From assembly GCA_946624985.1 (NCBI GenBank), contig CAMOSQ010000002.1:27233-91232 (forward strand): DNA of 64,000 nucleotides. The letters run 5' to 3'. This document shows, in pieces, positions 56,318 to 64,000 of the stretch. The position numbers and the translations under genes were made by a program. The stretch comes from an uncultured Bacillales bacterium. Its GTDB lineage: Bacteria > Bacillota_I > Bacilli_A > RF39 > UBA660. The stretch's first letter is position 1. Every line of letters begins with the position of its first letter. Below the pieces are notes generated by a model. The model was not told where the DNA came from and made no database searches. It was given only the letters and a program-made list of their open reading frames with translations.

Positions 56318-56342
56318 ACGATATAAAAAAATAATTCCTTAA
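56300..56342 (+). repeat. Repeat copy B (21-nt exact core 56309-56329)
   Basis: It matches 31497-31542 and lies in the 5' leader of the ORF6N pseudogene. Confidence 0.6.
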
Positions 56343-56350
56343 AAAAAGAA

Positions 56351-57442
56351 TTATTTTTGACTTCTTGAAATATTAAGTAATATTCCAATACTGCATAAAG
56401 TTATAAGTAAACTAGATCCACCATAAGAAAGGAATGGTAATGTCACACCAGTAACAGGAATTAAACCAACAACAACCATTAGATTTAGTATTGCTTGAAA
56501 TGCGATTTGAAATGTTATACCAAAAGCTAAATACTTGCCAAATAAATTATTACTACTTCTAGAAATCTTAAAACCAGTATAAATAATAGTTAAAAATAAA
56601 ATTGATACAATTAAAATACCCATAAAACCAAACTCCTCACTAATAATAGAAAAAATAAAATCAGTTTGTGGTTCAGGTAAATAAAAATGCTTTTGACGAG
56701 AATTTAAAAATCCATAACCAAATAACCCACCAGGACCAATCGCATATAAACTTTGAATAATTTGAAACCCTGCTCCTAAAGGATCGCTCCAAGGGTTAAT
56801 AAATGATATAATTCTTTTTAGTCTATAAGGCGCAACTACAATTAAGCCAACTATACCAAATAATCCCACAATACCAAGCTTTAAAAAAAACTTAAAATCA
56901 ACACCACCAATAAACAATAAACCAATAATAGACATAACAATAATCATACCAGTTCCAAAATCAGGTTGTAACATAATTAAACCAAAAACTAAAAATAATA
57001 TACCAAGTATTGGTAAAACTCCTTTAAAAAAATTACCAATAATACGTTCATTATTAACCAAATACTTAGAAGTAAAAATAATTAAAGATAACTTAGTAAA
57101 CTCACTAGGTTGAATACCAAAAGAACCAATACCAAACCAACTACGACTACCATTTCTAACACTACCTATCCCAGGTATAATAACAAGAATAAGTAAAATC
57201 AAACATATAATAAAAAATAAATTGGACTTTTCATAATAAACTTTATAATCAATATGACTTATAATCATCATAAAAACAACACCTATAATAAAAAACACTC
57301 CTTGATTAATAACGAACTTAAATGGATTATTAAATTTATATTCTGCCCATACATAACTAGCAGAATAAATCATAATAATACCAAAAATAGATATAAGTAA
57401 AACACTAATTAATAAAACAACATTAACACTATTTTTTTTCAT
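56351..57442 (-). CDS. ftsW: SEDS-family peptidoglycan polymerase FtsW/SpoVE
   Basis: It is a polytopic protein with QPSEFTKL, PDFGT and LPEPQTDFIFSII motifs. Confidence 0.85.
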   Translation of the reverse strand: MKKNSVNVVLLISVLLISIFGIIMIYSASYVWAEYKFNNPFKFVINQGVFFIIGVVFMMIISHIDYKVYYEKSNLFFIICLILLILVIIPGIGSVRNGSRSWFGIGSFGIQPSEFTKLSLIIFTSKYLVNNERIIGNFFKGVLPILGILFLVFGLIMLQPDFGTGMIIVMSIIGLLFIGGVDFKFFLKLGIVGLFGIVGLIVVAPYRLKRIISFINPWSDPLGAGFQIIQSLYAIGPGGLFGYGFLNSRQKHFYLPEPQTDFIFSIISEEFGFMGILIVSILFLTIIYTGFKISRSSNNLFGKYLAFGITFQIAFQAILNLMVVVGLIPVTGVTLPFLSYGGSSLLITLCSIGILLNISRSQK

Positions 57443-57490
57443 AGTATCACCTATATAAGTTTATGAAAATAAATCTTTTATATTATATTT

Positions 57491-58477
57491 TTATAAAAAT
57501 ACTCCAAATATAATAGATATTAATGCACCCACTATACCAATAAGCCAAAATATATGAACAACATCCTCCTCATTATAAAATCTTTCAAAAGTATGATGAA
57601 TTGGAGTAATAGGAAATAACCTCTTTCTAGTTAATTTAAAATAACCCACTTGTAATAAGCAAGTCACTGTTTCTAATACAAATACAATTCCAATAATAAC
57701 AAGTAACAACTCACATCGAGTTAAAATACACATACAAGCAAGTGTTCCACCTAAACATAAACTTCCTGTATCGCCCATAAATACTTTGGCAGGATGACTA
57801 TTAAAAAGTAAAAAGCCAAATAAACAACCTACCAATATAAAACCAAATAAAGCTATATCCCGGTAACCATCTAACCACCCAGTATTCCAAGCAATAATTG
57901 AAATACAAATAAAAGAAATAATAGAAAGTCCACACGCTAGCCCATCTAACCCATCAGTAATATTAACCGCATTACTACACGCAACTAAAATAAATAAAAT
58001 AACAATACCATAAAAAAAACCAAGCTTATACTTAATACCTAAACTATGAATCCATAATAATGGTTCATTACCACCCTTCATAAATAAATAAAAGAAAATA
58101 ACAGAAACAATAAGTTGTAAGAAAAATTTTTGATTTACGCTTAGTCCTTTGTTGTTGTGTTTTACAACAATTAAAAAGTCATCTATGAAACCTATTGTTG
58201 CATAGCTAATAAAAGTAAAAATTAGAACAATAAAATTATAGCTAATTCTTATTTTACCGAATATAATCATTAATAAAGTAATAATTAATGTTGGAATAAT
58301 AAATATTAACCCTCCCATAGTAGGAGTACCATGCTTACTATTATGAGTTCTCTCTAAATAAATACTTAATGATTGATTTGCTTTAATTTTTCTTAGAATT
58401 GGAATTATGATTATACCTATACATACTGAGAGTATAAATCCTATAAAAACAACTAATGTTGATGTTGCTAAAACCAT
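57491..58477 (-). CDS. mraY: Phospho-N-acetylmuramoyl-pentapeptide transferase
   Basis: Motifs are KHGTPTMGG, DDFL, NAVNITDGLDGL, VFMGDTGSL and PIHHTFE. The start was chosen 9 nt after a GGAGG. Confidence 0.9.
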   Translation of the reverse strand: MVLATSTLVVFIGFILSVCIGIIIIPILRKIKANQSLSIYLERTHNSKHGTPTMGGLIFIIPTLIITLLMIIFGKIRISYNFIVLIFTFISYATIGFIDDFLIVVKHNNKGLSVNQKFFLQLIVSVIFFYLFMKGGNEPLLWIHSLGIKYKLGFFYGIVILFILVACSNAVNITDGLDGLACGLSIISFICISIIAWNTGWLDGYRDIALFGFILVGCLFGFLLFNSHPAKVFMGDTGSLCLGGTLACMCILTRCELLLVIIGIVFVLETVTCLLQVGYFKLTRKRLFPITPIHHTFERFYNEEDVVHIFWLIGIVGALISIIFGVFL

Positions 58478-58478
58478 A

Positions 58479-60389
58479 TTATTCATCCTCCAAGTAAAGT
58501 CTAATAACATCTTCTTCTAATATTTTTTCGCCTGCTTTAGGTGATTGGTAACTTATTGTGCTACCACTTCCTGAAAATTCTATTGAAAATCCTTTTAGTA
58601 AGTTTTTTGCATCATTTACGTTCATACCAACTACGTTAGGAATTTCTTTATAATGTTTTTCGCCTGTTTTATAGTTTTTTTCTCCAGCATTATCTCTTTT
58701 TTTTATATCTAATGCGCTTATAGAATCAACTAATATATTCCTAGCAATAGGAGCAGCAACAGTTCCACCATACTGACTAACCCCTTTTGCGTTATCGACA
58801 GCAACATATACAATAACTTGTGGATCATCAGCAGGTAAAAAACCAATAAAACTAGTAATATAATTACCTACCATATAATGTCCATCTTTTACTTTTTGAG
58901 CTGTCCCTGTTTTTCCTCCGACGCGATATCCATCAATAAAAGCATTTCTACCAGTACCATTTTGTACTACACTTTCTAATGCGTATTTTACGATATCACT
59001 TGATTCACGAGTAATAACCTGGTGAACAACACTAGGCTTATTTTCAAGAACAACACTATTAGTTTCAGGTTCATTTAAACTCTTAACAATATAAGGCTTA
59101 TATAAAATTCCACCATTAATTGCCGCACTAACAGCAGTTATTTGTTGTATTGGAGTAACACTAACCCCTTGACCAAAAGCTGTTGTTGCTAGTTCAACAG
59201 GACCTACTCGATCTAGGTTAAATATAATACCATTACTTTCACCATTCAAATCAACTCCAGTCTTACTACCAAAACCAAACTTATTAATATAATCAAATAA
59301 TTTCTCTTTACCTAACTTCAAACCTAAATTAACAAACCCCGGATTACATGAATTCTCAACAACCTGTAAATAAGTTTGATCCCCATGACCACCATGCTTC
59401 CAACAATGAAGAGTTGCTCCTTCTACAGTAACCGCACCACCATCATAAAAATGATCATTATTAAGATCAACTATACCTTCATTAACAGAAGCAGAAAGTG
59501 TTACAATCTTAAAAGTACTACCAGGCTCATAAGTCATCCATATAGGTAAATTACGATTAATCTCTTCAGTACTATAATTACTATAATTACTAGGAGAAAA
59601 ACTAGGACGAGAAGCAATTGCTAAAATCTCACCGGTATTTGGATTCATAGCTATACCCCAAGCACCATCTGGATTATACTTACTAACAACATTATCAAGT
59701 TCACGTTCCATAGAAGCCTGAATATCATAATTGATAGTTAAAGTCATATTAACACCATTTTGAGGTTGTTCATATATTTCAGATAACTCTAACCTATTAC
59801 CCTTCGCATCACTAAAATACTTAATCGCACCATAGCTACCAGTAAGATACTTATCATAAATTAACTCTAGACCAGCTAAACCTTGATTATCAATACCAAC
59901 AAATCCAATAGTATGCGCAAGCATAGTATCATTAGGATAATATCTTTTAGCCTCCTTTATTAAGTATACTCCTGGTAATTTTAAGTCATTTATTTTATCT
60001 GCAATTTCATAACTTAATCTTCTACCCTCAGGATGAACACGCTCAATAGAAGTTCTCTTACTAACATGTTTATACATATCCTCATATGTTACACCTAAAA
60101 TAGAAGCAAGTGATCTAGCAGTACTCTCCTTATCTTTAATTTGATTAGGAATTAAAACTAATGAAGTAGTAGTAATATTATCAGCTAAAACAACGCCATT
60201 AACATCATATATAATCCCACGATTTGCCTCAATGGGTAAATTACGACTCCATAAACTAGACGCATAACCATTTAATTTTTTATAAGAAATAACCTGAATA
60301 TAAAAAACTTTTCCAATTATTAATAAAAACAAAAATACAACAACTAGTAGAATAATCTTTATTCTAGTATGTATTCCTTTAAAAAACAC
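58479..60389 (-). CDS. Class B penicillin-binding protein (PBP2B/SpoVD-like) with C-terminal PASTA domain
   Basis: Motifs are SxxK (GSTFK), SCN and KTGTA, plus a PASTA-like IPNVVGMNVNDAKNLL. A probable GTG start at 60389 follows a GGGTGA RBS. Confidence 0.85.
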   Translation of the reverse strand: MFFKGIHTRIKIILLVVVFLFLLIIGKVFYIQVISYKKLNGYASSLWSRNLPIEANRGIIYDVNGVVLADNITTTSLVLIPNQIKDKESTARSLASILGVTYEDMYKHVSKRTSIERVHPEGRRLSYEIADKINDLKLPGVYLIKEAKRYYPNDTMLAHTIGFVGIDNQGLAGLELIYDKYLTGSYGAIKYFSDAKGNRLELSEIYEQPQNGVNMTLTINYDIQASMERELDNVVSKYNPDGAWGIAMNPNTGEILAIASRPSFSPSNYSNYSTEEINRNLPIWMTYEPGSTFKIVTLSASVNEGIVDLNNDHFYDGGAVTVEGATLHCWKHGGHGDQTYLQVVENSCNPGFVNLGLKLGKEKLFDYINKFGFGSKTGVDLNGESNGIIFNLDRVGPVELATTAFGQGVSVTPIQQITAVSAAINGGILYKPYIVKSLNEPETNSVVLENKPSVVHQVITRESSDIVKYALESVVQNGTGRNAFIDGYRVGGKTGTAQKVKDGHYMVGNYITSFIGFLPADDPQVIVYVAVDNAKGVSQYGGTVAAPIARNILVDSISALDIKKRDNAGEKNYKTGEKHYKEIPNVVGMNVNDAKNLLKGFSIEFSGSGSTISYQSPKAGEKILEEDVIRLYLEDE

Positions 60390-60454
60390 GATATCACCCA
60401 CAAAATTATATGAAATTATAATAAAAAAAAGACTAAACTGGTCTTTCATAAATT

Positions 60455-60860
60455 CTATTTATTATCCAATTCAAAATTAAGCATCTCATCAGTAATCTTC
60501 TCATATAAATCTTGCTCATGTCTAATTGTATCAATTAAAAATGCTTTATCCTCTTTATAATTTTTTAAACTCCTTATGTAATATGGCTTATCATCATCAA
60601 GTACAATAAATGGCATTATATTATTCTTTAAGCATTCCTTAAACATTATCATCCTATCTACGCGACCGTTGTCGTCTCCAAATGAATGAATACACTCAAA
60701 TTTATAATGAAATTCAATAATATCCTCAATAGTAACCTTTTTTTAAACTGTAATACTATTTAAGCAAAGTATCTAAATCATGTTCAACATCACAAGGATC
60801 AGTAGTATTTATAACATTTATAAGTCAAATTCTATTAGGAACAATCTTAAATCCACATTA
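60455..60860 (-). pseudogene. Fic-domain gene remnant
   Basis: Reverse translation gives VTIEDIIEFHYKFECIHSFGDDNGRVDRMIMFKECL, with the Fic motif HxFxDxNGR. An in-frame stop lies just upstream inside an A7 run, and several further stops lie upstream. Confidence 0.6.
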
Positions 60861-60943
60861 ATCACTCCATAAAATATTATAAGAGTTTAAAAAAAATAAG
60901 TCAAACCATATTAATTATATAATCGACTTATTAATTTATAAAA

Positions 60944-62218
60944 CTATATTCTTTTAAAATAATCAACAATATCAGATACACTAACACTCTCTTTAGAGCC
61001 TTCCAAAGTATTCTCAATTTCTAAATTAGTACCATCAAACTTATTACCAATAACAATAAGTTTTGGAGTACCAAGTAGATAAACATCATTAATTCTACTT
61101 CCTAAAGATAAATCAGATCTATCATCTATAATTGTTGGAATATTATTTTCAAGTAATTCATTATATATTTTAAATGCAGTATCTTTATTATTTTCATTAT
61201 AAATTATTTGTACTTTATAAGGCGCAACGTTATAAGGAATAGAGAAACCTTTAATTTTATCTTCTTTATAGATTATATTGTTTTCTAGTATTGTCGCAAT
61301 TATTCTTCCTAGTCCTATTCCATAGCATCCCATATAATATGGTTTCATAGTTCCATCTTCATCTTGAAAGCATAAATTCATTGTTTCAGAATATTTTGTA
61401 CCTAATTCAAAGTTATTTCCTAGTTCTACAGAATTATATTCTTTTAAGTTTTCTATATTATCTACTCCAAAAGCTTTGATAAATGTATCTTTATCGTCAA
61501 ATTCTAGTACCTCTTTATTCATACCTATATTTTTTTCTTCATCGTATAGAATTATGTCTTCTCCTAATTTTGTAATGGCTTGAAATTCTTCTGATACTCT
61601 TCCGCCCATTGTTCCACCATCGCTTACAACAGGAATAATGTTAATACCTAATCTTTTGAATATATTCATATAAACATCATGCATTTTGTTAAATGTTGAG
61701 TGCATTCCTTCATAGTCTTTATCGAATGAATATGCATCCATCATTATGAATGTTCTAGGTCTAAATAGATATCCACGAGCACGTTTTTCTTTTCTAAATT
61801 TTTCACCTATTTGATAGTATGTTGTTGGTAAGTTTTTGTATGATGGTAATCTATTGGACCCGAATATAGTTGCACATTCTTCGGCTGTTGGAGCAAGACC
61901 ATATTCTCCTAAATTGTTATCTATATTGAACATTATGTCATTATCTTTAGTGTATTGATTCCATCTATCTGACATATCCCATATTTTTTTTGGTTGTAGT
62001 TTTGGAAATTCGACTTGTATACAATCAGCTTTATCTAATTCATCAATAATTATTGATTCTACATTTTTATAGAACTTCGTCCAGATATTTCCATATCCAT
62101 ATATACCACTTTCAAATTGATATAATTCTCCTAGTTTTAATAAAATATCTTGTGCGATATAATTCTTATCTACTGTATCAATGTTTATTTTTTTCATATT
62201 TAATTTACTTAATTTCAT
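60944..62218 (-). CDS. proS: Short class II prolyl-tRNA synthetase-like protein (no editing insertion)
   Basis: Motif 2 is YQIGEKFRKEKRARGYLFRPRTFIMMDAYSF and motif 3 is GCYGIGLGR. It has a C-terminal anticodon-binding-like domain and is preceded by a T-box with a CCU specifier. Confidence 0.65.
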   Translation of the reverse strand: MKLSKLNMKKINIDTVDKNYIAQDILLKLGELYQFESGIYGYGNIWTKFYKNVESIIIDELDKADCIQVEFPKLQPKKIWDMSDRWNQYTKDNDIMFNIDNNLGEYGLAPTAEECATIFGSNRLPSYKNLPTTYYQIGEKFRKEKRARGYLFRPRTFIMMDAYSFDKDYEGMHSTFNKMHDVYMNIFKRLGINIIPVVSDGGTMGGRVSEEFQAITKLGEDIILYDEEKNIGMNKEVLEFDDKDTFIKAFGVDNIENLKEYNSVELGNNFELGTKYSETMNLCFQDEDGTMKPYYMGCYGIGLGRIIATILENNIIYKEDKIKGFSIPYNVAPYKVQIIYNENNKDTAFKIYNELLENNIPTIIDDRSDLSLGSRINDVYLLGTPKLIVIGNKFDGTNLEIENTLEGSKESVSVSDIVDYFKRI

Positions 62219-62430
62219 TAAAATCACCCTTTCAAACAAAAAAAAGAACAACACAAGGAGTCATAAAGACGGTGCCATCCTTTATTTAACTTATTTTAGA
62301 TAACGGTATTACCCGAAAATGTTTTCATTTTACTCTGAAGATAGGAATTAAATAGTATCATAACTTGTTCACACTATACCAAGTTCACTTATATGCTTAA
62401 CTATAAAATATTTCTTCGTCATTGATTTAT
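62219..62430 (-). promoter_or_regulatory. T-box leader, proline (CCU) specifier
   Basis: On the minus strand, the stem I base GAAGA...TCTTC is closed just after the specifier CCU-A (complement of 62343-62345). Distal motifs are AGUGA and UGGUA. The T-box-like sequence AAGGAUGGCACCG (complement of 62270-62280) is followed by a U8 run. Confidence 0.55.
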
Positions 62431-62474
62431 CAAATATATAATAACATATTAATTTTTTTTATTCAAGTATATTT

Positions 62475-63221
62475 TTATTTTTTATATACCTTACTTAATT
62501 CTTCATTCATTTCTTCAAAATCATCTGTTTTTATTTTTAGCTCATCTATACCTAACATGTTGTTTAGTCTAGATATCATATTTTTATAAGCACTTAAAAG
62601 TTCTATTCTAGTTTTTTTTGATTTATCATCGAATTTCATATTTAATAATTCAAAGTCTATTATTTCTATTTTATCTTTTTGTGGGTTAACCATAAAATTA
62701 TTTGAGTGTAAGTCACAATAGATTATACCATTGTCATATAATTCTTTAATAATTTTTAGTATTGATTTATAGTATTTTAAATGCCTTTCTTTATGACTAT
62801 TTATTATTGTATCAAATAGTGTATAGTGTCCTTCAAAAAATGGTATTTCTTGTCCAATTATTCTATCATTGTGAGTTATTATTCCCGTTGGAAATTTTGT
62901 TAGTTTGATATTTTTGCTTCTATCGATTAGTTTTTGTATTAATATATCGTCTCCATATCCATTAAATCCATAATCTGCAAAGCATTTATAAATTCTATAT
63001 GCTATTTTGGGATTTTTTGTTTGATATATATATACTCCAGCATCTGGATCAACTTCATATCCTCTTTGGTCTAAGATATTTTGATTGCTTTGGGCTACTA
63101 ATGTTCCTAGATTTCCAAAGAGTTGTCCTTCTTGGAATGCTATTACTCTTAAATCTTTTAAATATTGTCCTTTTTTGTTTTTATAACCTATTGTTATTTT
63201 TGGTATTTGTTCGTCAGACAT
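62475..63221 (-). CDS. Small protein-kinase-fold protein
   Basis: The catalytic-loop-like IIYCDLHSNNFMV and IEIIDFE match the HxDxxxxN ... D layout of kinase/APH-like folds. Confidence 0.45.
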   Translation of the reverse strand: MSDEQIPKITIGYKNKKGQYLKDLRVIAFQEGQLFGNLGTLVAQSNQNILDQRGYEVDPDAGVYIYQTKNPKIAYRIYKCFADYGFNGYGDDILIQKLIDRSKNIKLTKFPTGIITHNDRIIGQEIPFFEGHYTLFDTIINSHKERHLKYYKSILKIIKELYDNGIIYCDLHSNNFMVNPQKDKIEIIDFELLNMKFDDKSKKTRIELLSAYKNMISRLNNMLGIDELKIKTDDFEEMNEELSKVYKK

Positions 63222-63234
63222 TATATTTTCCTCT

Positions 63235-64000
63235 CTATTTTTTTAGGATTAATTTTTTTTCTTTTGATTTTTTTATTGTTTCGTATGTGTTTTTAAGTAT
63301 TATATATTCTTCATCGGTTGGTATTACTAAAACATCGTGTTTAGAACCTAATGTTGAGATTATCCCACTTTTTTCTTTTTTGAAGCTTGCTATTGAATTG
63401 TTATTTTCTTCGTTTAAATAAATATTCATTGGCTTTGATATAGCTTCTACTATTCTTTTTCTAAATGTGCTGCTATTTTCACCTATTCCTGCAGTAAATA
63501 CTAGTGCATCTAACTTACCATTTAGTTTAAAATAGTAATTTGCAATGTATGATACTATTGAGTCTTCAAACATTTTGATTGCAAGTTTTGCATTTTTATT
63601 TCCATTGTTTGCTAAGTTTTCTATATCTCTAAAGTCATTTACTCCGGCTATTCCATATAATCCACTTTTTCTATTTAGTGCATATAATACTTCTTCAACA
63701 CTTATTTCTAATTCTTTACAAATATATTCTATTATTGACGGATCTATTCTTCCACTTCTTGTTCCCATTATTATTCCATCAAGTGGTGTTAATCCCATAG
63801 ATGTGTCATAACATTGCCCGTCTTTTATGCAAGAAATACTTGCTCCGCTTCCTATATGGCATATTATTGAATTAATATTATCTTTTACATAGTAATCTTT
63901 AAGCATTTGTAATATATATTCATAGCTTGTACCATGGAATCCATATTTTCTAACTTTATAGTCTTTATACCAAGAATATGGTACTGCATATAAGTAGTTT
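63235..64000 (-). CDS. ackA: Acetate kinase (5' end beyond window)
   Basis: Motifs are RKYGFHGTSYEY, CHIGSGASI, DTSMGLTPLDGIIMGTRSGRIDPS, FTAGIGENS and VIPTDEE. The reading frame is open to the window edge. Confidence 0.9.
   Translation of the reverse strand, partial: NYLYAVPYSWYKDYKVRKYGFHGTSYEYILQMLKDYYVKDNINSIICHIGSGASISCIKDGQCYDTSMGLTPLDGIIMGTRSGRIDPSIIEYICKELEISVEEVLYALNRKSGLYGIAGVNDFRDIENLANNGNKNAKLAIKMFEDSIVSYIANYYFKLNGKLDALVFTAGIGENSSTFRKRIVEAISKPMNIYLNEENNNSIASFKKEKSGIISTLGSKHDVLVIPTDEEYIILKNTYETIKKSKEKKLILKK

Noticed and set aside
1-64000. A search for CRISPR arrays, rRNA and tRNA genes.
   Set aside because: I saw no regularly spaced direct repeats with unique spacers and no tRNA-like GC-rich cloverleaf segments. 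The only compact GC-enriched non-coding segments are the two tnpB 3' regions and the miniature copy of one of them.

Overview
This is a very AT-rich window from a spore-forming Bacillota genome. Spo0A, SpoVS and tiny YjcZ-type genes are present, and almost all genes are on the minus strand. Housekeeping genes occupy about 1-31 kb and 56-64 kb: mraZ, prsA, recX, rpoZ, pdp, ssb, sufB/sufU, uvrA, pnp, rpsO, spo0A, pgk, ftsW, mraY, a PBP, a T-box-controlled ProRS-like gene and ackA. A class-B sortase locus with SPKTG and NPKTG substrates lies at 2.7-8.0 kb. There are two TnpA-less IS200/IS605-type tnpB elements. One of them has split a YhcG/DUF1016 nuclease gene. A 237-bp deletion derivative of the other, keeping the omega-RNA-like end, sits between rpsO and pnp. 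A candidate type I toxin-antitoxin module lies at 24.5-25.0 kb. The main feature is a roughly 20-kb co-directional locus at 33.1-53.2 kb, flanked by decayed accessory genes (RhuM-like, ORF6N, YhcG). It encodes at least nine secreted proteins with SipW-cognate (TasA/camelysin-type) N-termini, including a tandem pair of about 570-aa apparently major subunits and a 1048-aa GLUG-like giant. It also encodes two apparently active SipW-type signal peptidases (one fused to a long C-terminal extension) and one catalytically degenerate paralog. A membrane-anchored McrB-family AAA+ NTPase is embedded in the same operon, followed by a partner protein with no recognisable nuclease motif. I read this as an uncharacterised surface-fibre or matrix assembly system that has recruited a McrBC-like NTPase module. 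No rRNA, tRNA or CRISPR array was seen. All family assignments come from motif reading by eye and need HMM or structure confirmation.
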